This document shows positions 1-13,609 of a stretch of 64,000 nucleotides of DNA, piece by piece. The notes under the pieces were generated by a model. It worked only from the letters and a program-made list of their open reading frames with translations, ran no database searches and was not told the origin of the DNA. A program made the position numbers and the translations under genes. Numbering within the stretch: position 1 is the stretch's first letter; every line of letters begins with the position of its first letter. This stretch comes from the human T2T-CHM13v2.0 reference genome, Homo sapiens: the NCBI RefSeq assembly GCF_009914755.1, contig NC_060934.1; one strand, given 5' to 3'.

Positions 1-665
1 CTAATTAATATTTTCAAGACTTTAGTTACTAAGATGATCAGATATAGAATTTTTTAAGCTGTGAGAAATTATACAGAAATAGAAGATGAACAAAAGATGA
101 TTATATTTGAAAAAATAATGATTCAGAATTTTCCACAATTAATGCACGTTATAAATCTGTAGATACAGTTGGGCACAGCAGCTCATATATGTAATCCCAG
201 CAATTTGGGAGGCTGAGGCAGGAGGACTGCTTGAGCCCAGGACTTTGAGACCAGCCTAGGCAACAGAATTCGTCTCTAACAAATAAAAAAATAACAAAAG
301 TTAGCTGGGCGTGGTGGTGTGCACCTGTAGTCCCAGCTACTTAGGAGGCTGATGAAGGAAGATCACTTGTATCCAGGATTTCAAGGCTGCAGTGAGCTGT
401 GATTGTACCACTGCACTCCAGCCTGGGTGACAGAGTGGATCCATGTCTGTTAAACAAAAAACAAACAACAACAAAAAAAAAAAAACAAAAAAAAGCAGAA
501 TACTCAAAGCAATATATAAGTAAGAATACTCAAAGCATACCTAGATACGCTGTAGTTAAACTAAAGAAGGCCAAATGCAAAGAGAAGAAAGGAATGGTGG
601 CCAGAGAGAAAAGGCAAACACAACAGAGGAATGATAGTGACAGCTGACAGCTAGCTTCTCAAACC
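1..665 (+). mobile_element. Old L1 (L1M-type) ORF1-region fragment, interrupted by an Alu
   Basis: 103-160 translates [19 protein letters not shown] and ~535-620 translates SIPRYAVVKLKKAKCKEKKGMVAREKRQ. Both resemble L1 ORF1p (IFEEIMAENFPNL..; TPRHIIVKL..KDKEKILKAAREK). Confidence 0.75.
168..494 (+). mobile_element. Alu (AluJ-like), full length
   Basis: Dimeric Alu sequence, A-rich linker ~279-300, A-rich tail 452-494, J-type GCTTGAGCCCAGG motif. Confidence 0.95.
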
Positions 666-1229
666 CACTGAACAAAAACAGGAATCTAACGTCATATAGC
701 TTCTCCAGTTCACTTTACTCAAGCATCTTATGATACTAAGTCATTCCCAGAGTATATCTATGAAAAATTAAAGTTTATGTATCCTTATGCTATCAGTGGA
801 ATATCAAAGTTTGAAAAATAACAGAAAAAGAAAATCATAATGGAAATCCAAGTCTTGTGATAATAAACACAATGCGAATGAAGCTGGATGCCAACTCAAT
901 CAGCACTTCGATATCTTGTGGAACAAGAGAAAGCGAAACCCAACGTGGAGGTGGGATCAGACACTGATTATTTAAATGCGCGTGATGTGTTCAGCAGATC
1001 CTCCAAAGCTTTGATGCCTCCTCAGGCTGCTTAAATCAGTATCACTTAAGAGAGTCTTCTCAGACAGGAAACAGGAAACCAGAAACTTTCTGCATCCTTT
1101 TGCTTTATGGTACCTGCTCTGGAACATGTTTTGTGGAGAAAATATGAAAACTTCAGCCAACATGGAATGAGTAAACTGAGAATTTTCCTTATTGATTTTC
1201 CTTCCCCACCCATCCTCGCGTCAGCACAA

Positions 1230-2400
1230 CCTTTAAGAGTCCACTCTGTGCTGGGCACAGCTCGGACACCAGTCTTTGTCCTCTTGGGGCTTATGGTCCA
1301 GAGGGGCAGACACATTAACTGAAGAACTGCCCCAAGTGTTGAACTCTAACAATGACAGAGTCAGGAGGGAGAAGCACAATGGGCTACGAGCAAGTATGGA
1401 AAAGGCCCAGGCCAGATGGGGGAGGCATGTGAGGCTTCCCTGGGCAGCAATGGCTCGTGGAGAAAGGAGAGGGCAGGTGGACAGGGCTTCCAGGAAGAAG
1501 GCGAGTCCTAGAGAGGAGGGGACACTGTTAATGGGAAAACAGTGCAGAAATAGACAAGGTGCGTGGCATGAAAGGGATGAACAGCAGGCCCAGGAGCACC
1601 GGGAAGCGGCTGCTGTAGAATTGCACCAGACAGAGGAGAGCAGCTCAGCAGAGGGCGGAGGAGGCAGCAGAAACGAAAGAAGCAGAGAGACTCCGGCATG
1701 CTGAAGTGCTGAAATCTATGGGGCTTGATGATGACAGACTAGAAATGTAGGGAAAGATGGAGGGAATGCTGCATGCATGCGGGGGAAGCTGGTGGGTCCA
1801 ACGACTGGCACAATGCATCTTAAGAGAAGAGTTCAGTTTTGAGCTTGTTAAACTTCATGCGCTCTTGGGACATCTAAGTGTCAACGTCAGGTAGGCCGTG
1901 GACAGGTGGGTCTGAAGTTCCCAGGGGCAGCAGGGGCAAGAGATAAAAATGTGTGTATCTGTGCATCAGACATTAGCTCCCCAGAGGAGTGGATGAGGTA
2001 ACCTGGAGAGGGGCCGGTGTGATGGGGAGGAAGGCGGAGAAGCAGTCTTCAAGAACGGGAATGTTTCCAAGCCTGGAGAAGAGGATGAGAAAGGGGAAAA
2101 CTGCCATTGAGGCAGGAAGTGAAAAAGCACAGGGCCACCCAATGGGAGTGAAGGGAAAAGGGGGTTCAAACATGCTATGGGATGATCATGATGCTTTTGA
2201 GAAGGCAGGGACTGGGAAATGTCAGCCAGATTGAACGGCACAGGAGGTCCTTGGCAACCTTGGCAGAGTTGTTTCGGTGGAGTGTAGCAATGGAACCCAG
2301 ACTAAGTTGAGTTAAGGAAATGCTGGCACTGCACAGGGCTGATTTCTAAGGAGCCTGGCAGGGAAGGACAGGAGCGAGATGAAGAGGGATGAGGGACAGA
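1230..2400 (-). mobile_element. L2 LINE fragments (degenerate)
   Basis: Purine-rich + strand with L2-like motifs (gagttcagttttgag..., gaggtccttggcaaccttggcagagttgtttcggtggagtg..., aacccagact). Confidence 0.6.
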
Positions 2401-4183
2401 GGGAGGACCTGACAGAGAAGGGACATTCCGTAGCACTTCTCGAGAAAGTGGGAGGGGATGGGATTCAGGCATGCAGGAAGGAGAGGCTCTGAGGAGGGAA
2501 GCGACTTTCCTGTTCACAGGAGGGAAAAGAGATAGGTGTCATGGGGAGGGAGCAGAACTGATGGAGGGAAGATGGGGCTCCCGACCACTGGCTCCTATTT
2601 TCTCTGGGGATTAGGGCCATGGCCACCTGCTAAGAGTGAGAAGCAGGCTGAGGACTTCAAAGGTTAAAGAGAACACAGAGAGCTTAAAAAGGGGACTGCA
2701 GAATGTGGATGGACAAGTTTAAATAGAGACAGGAGGCTGGGCTTCCGGGCAGAGCTGAGCGTCATCCACAGTTTGTGATGGTTCACGTACAGGAACCAAG
2801 TGAACTTGTGGATGACATTCCTCATTCTGGCAGAGCTCAACCCCAGGGTGCAGGTGCAGAGACAGGATGACAGGCGTTCTTCAGGATGGAGGGTGTTTGC
2901 TGGCTGAGTGTGACATAAAGGGGAAAGGAGTTCCAGGACCATCACTTGGAAATGGAAAGTCAGTACAAAACAAGATCCCTGACCGTAAGGAGTTTTCCAC
3001 TGTAGTCGATGGTGCAAGACCTTCACATGTAGTAAAATACCAAGCAGCACAGAAGAAATGCTGAAGCCAGACAACAAGTGCCACAGAAGCACAGAGCAGG
3101 AGCCCGTGGTCACGGGTGTGGGTGACGGGCTTCTTGGAAGGAGTGCAGCCCTACATGGCCCTTGAGGGACGGAGAGTTCTGACTACTGTGTCATTTAAAT
3201 GTCAGGGAAACACAAACTTTTAGCTATTCCCCATCTTCCAAAACCAGACTACCCCAAGAGGTAGAGAATGTTTGGTCCTCTTTATCTAAGAAGACAAGAA
3301 ATGAGACAAGAAGAAAAATCAAATGGTTTACATGGAATCATAAGATGCTGAAATTAAAAGAGAATTTCGGAGATCATATAGTCTAACCTCTCATTTTGCA
3401 GATTGTAATATGTCCTGGTACAGCAGTATCTATACCTTCATAATTGAGTAGTGCGGCAGGATACTGAGTTAGATCTGACAGCTACTTTATGGCTACTTTA
3501 TCTTTCTTCCAGGTGGCCTTTCATTCTTTACATTTGCATCACATTGCTTTTGGCTTTATTTCCCCTCCGGATTCCCCCCAGAAAACTTCTTCGTCAGGTG
3601 GTAGCTAGATTTAATGACTTGTAAACAAACACTTCACAAAACAGAGGATCTACTACTTAAAAGAGAAGCTTTTAATTAGTAAACTATTTTTTCAATAGTG
3701 TACCCATGAGCCTCTATATTATTTTTTCTACAACACATTTTATTGTGTTGTATATGAGGCTTAGTGATCATTCGTCAGTTTTACTGAAATGGATTACTTG
3801 CAGAGCTGCTTAATAACTGAAAAGACATTTAACTTCCTGAAAAACTCTCTCCTTTAGCCTGTTACTTTGCTCTTACCCAAACTAAAATATATTGCTTGTC
3901 TCTAGTTCAAATTTTGGTGCAAATGCAGGTAATGGCAATGAGCTCCCAGATTGAAGAAGGCTGAGTTAATCCTATTTGTTAACTTCAATATTTTATATAG
4001 CGCTCTGGGCTGTGAACTTTCAGATTTCAAAATAAAGATTCTTGGGTTTCAAAGTCTCCAGTTTTAGAAAACTTTAAATTATTAGTTTGGCATCCTACCT
4101 AGACCAACCATTCTATATGATCTACCCTAAAATTGATAACTAACAGTGGTTTATCATCATTATTTTACACTTATTATCAGGAT

Positions 4184-4448
4184 TTTTTTTTTAAAAGATA
4201 GGGTTGCTCAGGCTGGAGTGCAGGGGCATGATCATGGCCAACTGCAGTCTTGAACTCCCAGGCTCAAGCAGTCCTCCTGCCTCAGTCTTCTGAGAGCTGG
4301 GACTACAGGCGCACACCACCATGCATGGCTAATTTTAAAAATTTTTTTGTGGTGACAAGGTCTTGCTATGTTGCCTGGGCTCAACAGATCCTCTTGCCTC
4401 AGCCTCTCAAAGTGTTGGAATCACAGGCATGAACCATCCCACCTGTCC
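4184..4448 (-). mobile_element. Alu (AluJ-like)
   Basis: Poly-T then reverse Alu sequence (caggctggagtgcagg..., ctcaagcagtcctcctgcctcag). Confidence 0.93.
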
Positions 4449-4986
4449 TTTCATCAGTATTTTTTATACAAAGAATTGACACTTTTCTAAGATACTTATA
4501 TTGGGAACACGCACACATATAGTTCTATCTATATGTTACATAATGTTCATAAAGGAAACAGAAAGATTTGTGTTAACCATTACTGTTTTGAAGGAAAGAA
4601 TCATACACCCTTTATAGGAATAAGCATATATTGTGAAATCCAAACAGTTTTTAATTCATGAAGATGAAAGTGGTTTTTGAGTTTATTAAAATTTTCTTAG
4701 GTTAGCTGAACAAAGTGAAAGCACCAGTTATACTATCACATACAGGCCACCTTTAAGGTTCCTTCAGGTTGCAAATATTCAATAAAATTCTCACAGCAAA
4801 AGAGCAATATCACTTTACACTTAATGGTTGTCAAATACTTAATGGTTGTCAATCCCCTTTGGCAAACACAGTATAGTTCTCTCTGTACTGCTGGTCACAC
4901 TCACAGGCCTGTAAAACAAGTGTATTAGAAATTCCCCGCCCCACACAGAGTGGCTGGAGCCTGGGGCCCCAGGGCATCCTGGGAGC

Positions 4987-5034
4987 GACTTCTTGTTCCT
5001 GTTTATGCCGGACTTCTTGTTCCTGTTTATGCCG
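4987..5034. repeat. Perfect 24-bp tandem duplication (gacttcttgttcctgtttatgccg x2)
   Basis: Copies at 4987-5010 and 5011-5034 are identical. Confidence 0.97.
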
Positions 5035-5369
5035 TGCCAGTCACCCCCAAATTGCAGGTGTGGGTCTGCACTGCCTTGCTGCCCGGCCATTGGGCATCAA
5101 AGCTGCCCATGCTGGGGCTCCAAAGATGACATAAAATAAAGCAGCTTTGTTGTCTGCATCAATAGAAACAGGGTCAAACGGGGCGGAGAGGGCTAGTGCA
5201 GAGCGCCAAAATGTCCCTGATTATGGTATGACTCAAGAGTGGGGGCAGGGGAGAGAGCAGAGGGGGAGCTGACATGTGGCAGGGAGAGGGAGGAAGCCGG
5301 GGAGAGCTCCTCAGGCTTGGCTCAGCTTTACCCTAACTCACTGCCACACTTGGCACTAACCTTATGGCT

Positions 5370-5545
5370 CATGCTAGGTGCACATGTGCCAAGACCCACG
5401 TGAGGCACTCCACACACAGTATCTTATCTGATCTTTACAACCCAAGGGGGTAGAGGTGCTATTATCATGCCCATTACACAGATAAGGAAATTGAGGCTTA
5501 GTGAGATTAGAAAAGGCCCAAGCTATTAAACAGTAGAGCTGTACC
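5370..5545 (-). mobile_element. MIR SINE
   Basis: MIR core: attatcatgcccattacacagataaggaaattgaggcttagtgagatt. Confidence 0.8.
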
Positions 5546-8441
5546 TGGAACTCAGTCCAATCTTAAATCTTCTGCCAACATAACTCACATGAGTTACCTG
5601 GAATATAAAATTCAGGGAGCTGGACTGGCTGAGCCCAAGATACTTTCAAATTCCTAACAGCCAGTGAGATAAGATTCCTAGCAACTTCATAAGATATCTG
5701 CCTGAAATTTAAGTCTTCATTGTGTTCAAAAAAACTTCTAAAAGATTCCTTATTTAAAAAAAAAAAGTAATTAAGTACATGTTTAGGGCAGATGATAAAA
5801 TACACACTTAACTGAATATGTACCATGGGCTACTACAATTACACCAGCTGTGGTATAATAGCACAATGTAAATCTGGAAAGAACTGTGTGACTGAAAAGT
5901 TGTCATCTAACATTTCTTGTCATTTTAAAAAAGGGAAAATAAATACTCCTCAAAGCTCCATTAAATCTTAATGAATCATACACAATATCCTTGAAGGATG
6001 TAAAATCTACTTCTAAGCCAATTATTTATTAAAGCCAATTGTCTCAGTTTCCTTCATGAAAAATATAATTAACACAAAACACAGTAACATTTATGTGGGC
6101 CTTTCCTTTTAAATTACTATATAGCCCAACTCAGAAAAGGTACCTTGATTCCTCTCCTGAGCAAGGCATTGACATTTACATCACATGCAAGTTCCCTCCA
6201 ACACTGCAAAACACACAGGTTTGTTTTTTCGTGTGAGACTGGCTGACTGCAATGAGTATCACTCCTGCAGATGTAAGACTAAATTCACACTGGCAGGAAA
6301 AGAGAGGTTGCAATTAAGCTGCAAAAATGGGAATACTAAATAGCTACTGGACAAGGAATAAATAAGTGAGACCCAGCTGGTAACGGTTCTGAAATTACGG
6401 CATACAGGGGTGTCCCCACAAAGCCATCTCACAGTGTGACATTTAAAAAATAAACCTCACTAATTTATATCATTTTTAAGTCAAGCAAAGAATATGCTCA
6501 TAAATCCTGAGAGGCATTATTAATGGCACTTAATTAATTCAGATATATTCACCCTAAACACTATGTTCTCAGACTAATACATAATTAGTAATTGGTTTTC
6601 ATTCAGCCAAGAATATGCAAAAAGTACCAAAAAAGCCTCTCACATGTAGAGGAGACACTGAGATACTTAATCTGATTATAATGAAGACAATTCCCTACAA
6701 ATTATGACATATTGAGATGAAACAGGAAGCACCCCTTGTGTGGAGCCCCTGTTGGGTATAAAGGCTGGCGGAAGTGGCGGGGGGCCTGGAGGGGGAGCTA
6801 TTTCATGGCAGCATGAGCATGGGGGAAGACAGGAGATGTCGAGAGTGGGTTGGGAATTATCTTGAAAGGCCCGTGCATCCCTCCTCAAAAATCTCAAGAC
6901 ACAGATTGAAAAAGGGCTCACTTTATCTCCCAAGATACATTTCTACTACTTAAATATGAGGGCCTATTTTAAAACATAATTCAATAACAAAAATAACCAG
7001 AGCGAGCTAAGCACAAAGGGTTCAAGATCAATGAGGGCCCAACAGGAAGAAGTGTAACGCATAACTTGATATGATGACTATTCTAGATACTACTGTAATT
7101 AATTTCATAGGGAAATCAAACAATAAATATGTCATACCAGATTCCCTAGACTCTGCAAGTTTTGCAATTGCTTCTGGCTTCTACAAATGGATGCTCGCTA
7201 GGTTCACGACCTAAAATGTGATATGAGTTCAACATTACAGATAAAAATCTCTCCTCTCTTTCCCCACATCCCTTCCTATCAGTATCTTAAAATAGATACT
7301 TTCCACTTACTGGACTCATCCTAAGAAAACAAAATTCCTTTGTGACTCTGTGGCTGATAAAGCACACAAGGATTCCTTCCACCAAACAAATGACTTTGAA
7401 CAATTTCTGCCCTGAGGTTCATTCGCTTTAAGAAGTGAATGAACAGAGAACTAAAATTAGGACTATTAAGAGATAAGAGTTGAGGGTATCCAGAGCTATT
7501 GAAGTGACTCACAGCTGGAAGTTCTGACTTGTTTTGTCCCTGTCCCGCAAACAGAAGGGCCCTGCAGTTGTGATCAGAACTTTCACTTGTTCTCCACAAA
7601 GGTTTAAAAAATGACCTCAGGTGCATTGCTAAGAAAATATTTTCCATAATGTCACCTAAAAAAGGCCATCACATTGCACAATCCCCTCCACACCATGCTC
7701 TTCTCTCTCCAGAGCTATCTGCACACAATTTATTTCTGGAGAGGTGCAGAGGGCTTGGCTGGGAGCTGAGAAGCAGAGACAATACAGCTTCCAGGGTTAG
7801 AATCATGTGCAGGAACACAGTAGTAGGCTGCCTGGCTGACACAGAATTACCCACATTAGGTGCAATACCTACGACCTCTCCTTCAGAATACTTCAAAGTT
7901 GTGTCCAATTTGTTTGTAAAATGGGGAAACTACGACTATTTATACACCAAAGTTCATATTTTTGATGTGTATTGGTAGCAACCAGAACATACTTAGAACA
8001 AAGACCATCATAAAGGCATAATTCTTTCTTACTTTTTTCTACTAAGTGTCTTATTGGGAGAATGAGGGATTACCTAAACATTTTTAATCTGATTTTCACT
8101 ATCTGATATTCATGTGTAATTGTTAATTTTGTACTGGGGGAAAAAAATCACCAACTTGAGCACCAGCTCTCATTTGGAAATAATTTTTATAATATTACAA
8201 TGAATATAGGTTGAAACAATTAAGAACTTTAAAAAAAAAAATGAAGTTCTAATATGATTCAGGCATGTAGCCCACACTTGGAATGCTGTGGCTCTCATTA
8301 CAACCTACCCTGCAAACCAAATAGCAATTTGAAAGTTCTGAGGTTTCAGAGGGACAGGCAGGGCAAATTAGAATCAGTTACAGAGGCAGGAAAAAACGGG
8401 CAGCTGAAAATGTCTGGGAAATGTACTTTTATTTGTCTTGA

Positions 8442-8810
<369 letters not shown>

Positions 8811-9594
8811 TAAGACCATTTCTCAAAAGTTGATGTCTATCTGCAGATAAGACAAAAATCAAAGATCCAAGTATACTTTAATTAACATTTTCTTCTGAAA
8901 TCTGAGCTACCTTCCAATATCTAGAAAAGAAATGCTTTTTTTGACAAGCCAAATAAAGTTATTCTGATATCAAAGGTGAGTAGGAATGAGAATAAAAGCA
9001 CAAAGGTCATCCTTTCCAGGGTCCATAAACTCAAAAGCCTAAATTAATTCACTTCAGCAGATTTTTCAATTAAACAAGAATCATTAAGTCAATCTTTTGA
9101 TTAATGGCTACTTGACTAAAATTAAAATGTCATCAGAAATATTTAAACTTTTGCTTAGAATCTTACTTTAATTTATAACATAGACACAAACTCTCCCATC
9201 TGTCCACTTGGTATCTGCAAGCTCAATCAGACTCTTACGGACATCCTTGCCGGCTGGCCCACTGTCAACTTCATACAAAAGAATGTAGTCATGTTAAAAT
9301 TCTACCTCCCATGAACCACAGAATCTGACATAAAACTACTGAATTCAGGCCAAAAATTTATAATCTGGTACAGAGGTAATACTGGCTTTTTTAAAAATTC
9401 AAACAAAGACATTGCCAATGAAAACAAGAGCTTACAACGTGGTCCATTCAAAAGGGCCCCAGGCTCAGGGAGTCAGGAGACCTATGACTGAGCCCTGGTC
9501 AGCCACGTCACCACCCTCTGGCCTTGAGCAAAGTGCCCCAGCACTCTTGATCTCGCTTTATACTTTAAAAAACGAGTCTGAGAAGAGATCACAG

Positions 9595-9730
9595 TGATGT
9601 GTGCTTTGGCCCAGATAGTGATTTAGAAAATGCTTGAATTAATCACCAATCTTTTCAGACTTGAGAACATTTACATACAAATTTGGATTTCTGGCTTCTT
9701 TTAAAAATGGGAAGACCTGGCACCGGGCCC
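9595..9730. mobile_element. hAT-Charlie MITE fragment (MER102-like)
   Basis: ttgaattaatcaccaa...atttggatttctggcttcttttaaaaatgggaagacctggca resembles the recalled MER102 internal sequence. Confidence 0.5.
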
Positions 9731-12700
9731 GGCATCACTCATCTGGTGCTGAGTAGCTGTGGGGATACACCCTCCAGCTGGGCACAGTTCCTGCCACTCC
9801 CTGGAGTCTCCTGCCTGGATGACTTGGCCCATTCCAGGGCTTTAGCCACCACAGGGCTCTGGTGCCTGCACTTGGGAGACATTCCCACAAATTCAAATGA
9901 ATCACAAAACAACTTTCCAGAGATCCACTTAATTCCTGGAAGACACACATAACCTCTTTAAGTGTTTCATTTAGGTGGATGTGGCAGTGCAGGGACAAAG
10001 ACTGGAAGAAAAGCCACAGCTCCAATATTCTAATCAAAGGCATTGCAAGTTCCTGGTCTTCTTTTGAAACTGACACAGGGGACAGGGAAGAGATGCTAAA
10101 TGAAGCTAATATGCCTGCAGTTGCCTGTAACCATGTCTTCAGCCACGTAAAGTTAAGCATCACCATTGATGCACAGAAAAGACGGGATAAGACAGATAAG
10201 AGCCACGTGCAGATGACATCATTTGAATCTCTGGACCCGGGGGATCTTGAGGCCAGCCTAATCCAACATCCTTTCCAGAGACAGAAACCAATCAATCCCC
10301 TAAGCTAGAGGAAGGTAAATTTCTGCCACTTGCAATTGAAGACACTCAAATACTTAATGGATGTCAAATAAGAACTTCACTCATCCAAATGGCATGACCA
10401 CTAGCAATCACACAGCACTCTAAGAAACTGATCTTGAAAACTTCAAATAAACATTTTACTTTTTAGTCAGATATTTAATATGCTAAAATAATTTAATACT
10501 TCCCTGGTATCTTTCTTTCCATTCATCCTGGGATAAGGACGTTCTAAAACTAGAGTTCCCCAAGTAAGCTGTGAAGGCAAAGCTTCCAGAAGGTGCTAGA
10601 TGATACCAAGCTGGCCAGAAACCCTAAATCTCATACCTAAATCTGGCTAGCCATGGAGAAGATGGGGAGGAGTTTGGTATGTAATACAGGTGTCCCTGGG
10701 TACCCCAGATAACCACATCTACTGAAAAAGTAAGCAGTGAGTGACAGCCGTGCATTCAGAAAATCAATCACTGAAACACATCATTAATAAAACCTGTAAG
10801 ACAATGGAGAAGGGGATGGCATGTACAGTTCAGCATTTTGAACTGAGATGTGTTCAGCAGACTTCACAGTTGGGACCTTCGTTAAGATTCCAGAAGGAAG
10901 CAATGAAATCCTAATTCTGTTACACCAGAACTTTTGTTTTTCTTTCCATGACCACAACAGAGGGGCCGCCTGCTTTCCTGCCCAGCATCCATCCTGAAAG
11001 AACAATGAGAGGAAGGGTACCATGCTGCCGTTTACACTGCTTTCCCGGATTCCCATTTTAAGAGATGACCTGACCATGCATTTTTATCTCTTTTCCTTCC
11101 AGAAGCTCTGCTAAGATGACAGTAAAGGAAGTTAGAGATTGGGGGAAAATCAAAAACACCACCACCAAACATGACAAGAACATTGGAGAGCAGACAATAG
11201 AAAACGAGAAATGTCAAAGAATTTTTTAAAGACAGAAAAGTAGTAGAGGATTGTTAGCAGACAGAAGAGGAGACAAAGCTGCTACCTCTGTGCCGGTGGC
11301 CACTCAATGCCATGTGCTCCCAGATGCTGAGGGGCTCCACAGCTGGGGTTCAGGTGGCAGAAAGACGGTGCGCTGCCTGTTGCTGTCCATGCCATCCCAT
11401 CGCATGAGAGGCACAGGACTGATTCCTCAGAAACCCCAGCCCAAGAAGCTTCGGGCACGGGAAGACCCAGCTCACACAGGGCTGGGCTGGGCGTCACGGA
11501 GCACGGGAGGAGCCAGTTACCATCTGTGCTCTGAGGCCTGGGCCCTCTGCCGCTGTCCCCTGCTCTGCTGCAATCGCACCTTTGGCCTGGGTCACTCCCC
11601 GAGGGGACACTGGAGGATTCCCATTCTGGCGGAAAGGCCCTAGAAATATTAATAATTCCGCCAGTGGGCGGCAGCACAAAGGCTGGCCTCTTCCCCACTG
11701 TCAGTGGACGGGCACCGCCACTCCACATACCCGGGACAAGTCGTCTGTCTTCCAGCACCTCGTTCTAAAACCTGACTGGAGAGCAACAAACCACCGGACA
11801 TGAGAGGAAAGCCTTTAGCATGAAGGAGACTATAACAAATCTATAATTCTTTTCTCAATGCTATTTAACATCATGCAATACTAAATCGCCAAATTTAGTA
11901 CTTCACAAAGTACTAAAAATAACTGAGTCACAGTAAGGTGAATGCTATTATTTTACCAAAAAAAGTATGCATTATTTCAAAAAAAAGAAGGATGAGGGGA
12001 GAAAAGAGATGGTGTGAGAGAGCCAGCATCATCTGCCTTGGCAGAAACTCAAAAGAAAATGCCTAACATGACAAATTCATAAATAATGGCACAAGCATAT
12101 TACCTAGCAAACACCGGGGCAAATAATTATGTATAGCTGTGTAAACCAACATGGAACATTCTCTAAGAAATAGTGCAGAGTGAGAAAAGCGAGATAGAGA
12201 TGCGTTTAATGTGCTACCATTGACTTTTTTTTTTAAAAAAAAGGTTACACATTCATGTGTTTGTCTATGAAACTCACTGAGAAAGCACAAAAAAAGCACA
12301 AAGATCAAGTTTAGGTGTCTGGGGTCGGGGGTGAAGCTCACCTGTAATGGTGAGCTTCCGTACTGTTTAAATTCTTGATCACTTGTTATTTTCATAGTAA
12401 TGATGGAGAGAAAAACCAAAGTGCTCACGAAGGAAGCGTCTAACTCAGGGGCAGACCACAGCTCTAAGGCAAGGGTCGCAAGGGTCTTCCACAAGGGCGG
12501 TGTGCTCCTCGGGGAGAAGACAGCAGAGCTTCTCTATGTACATTATACTAAAAGGCTGCCTTTACACAGCTTGTCTGACGAATGCCCTCCTCAGTCCAAT
12601 GTGAGCGTCATGAGCTGTATATTGGAAGGGAGGTACCCCCAGGAACAGTAGGAGCTTAGAGGTTGGCGGTTGGCAGGGGACGTCCGTGCACTGCTCAGGT

Positions 12701-13609
12701 CCAGTGCATTGCAACCAATTGTAGGTTACATGTGCCCAGTTAAGTGGATTTGCAGATCATACCATCTGGCTTTAACTAAGCTAAAGCAACGCTCACAAAA
12801 CAGGTAAGTGCTTAAGAGGATGCCTGAAAAACAACCACATGGGCTGAAGCTAATGTTAAACACACAGGACCAATCAACAAGAAGCCACGTGGCAGGCCTA
12901 AGACTGAGCCCTGAGCTCCCAGGGTTCTCGCTATCAGTCACATGATGAGGTCAAAGCACTGATGATTTCATCAGATATGAAAAGAATAGTTCACAACAAT
13001 TAAAATGACTGGGAAGACTTTATTTAAAATGTGGGCTTCCATTCATTTTTGTTCATGATAAAGCTTCCCTAAGTGTACACTGTGCCTAGAGATACCAGCT
13101 AATGATACTCCAGAGCTATCAAAATGCGCAAGTCATTTAAAATCTAAGCACTCAGGACCTGAAGACAAACAACTCTAGTTTTCTTCACTATGTTTAACAT
13201 TGGGCAGTACTACACTACAAATTCAGTACTTCACAAAATTTTATTAATTTAATGATTAACATGTAGAAGCTTCTTTCTGGGTTCCTCTGCTAGGAAAAGA
13301 CTAAAAACCACATATTACTGGAGAAGCACTTGCTATTTCTACCAAGGCAAAAATGGCTTAAAGCATGTAAAAACCAATATGGCATCAAATTTGAATGAAT
13401 TCCTTTGTCAGCAAATACTGCGGGCAGAGGCATAGAAACACCAGTCAATATTTGAAGACTCAAGGATTAGAATAAATTACACAGCCTATGAAGTTTGCTT
13501 TAGAATTGCATCAAAGTAAAGATGATTCTAACATTTCTCTGCTTCGGGTATTTGCTAACTTATTTCCTGTATTCAAAGAACTACTGTGTATGGTTGAGAG
13601 GGAAGAAGA

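Noticed and set aside
9735-10308. Overlapping 186-aa and 109-aa ORFs
   Set aside because: Non-ATG starts, no recognisable domain, no convincing splice boundaries.
11251-11803. GC-rich stretch with ORFs on both strands, possible CpG island or exon
   Set aside because: CpG density is modest, the peptides are unrecognisable, and the flanks look like decayed old L1-type sequence.
12940-13010. Box C-like ATGATGA with CTGA, possible C/D snoRNA
   Set aside because: No terminal box D at a suitable distance or closing stem, and it lies on the strand opposite the inferred host.
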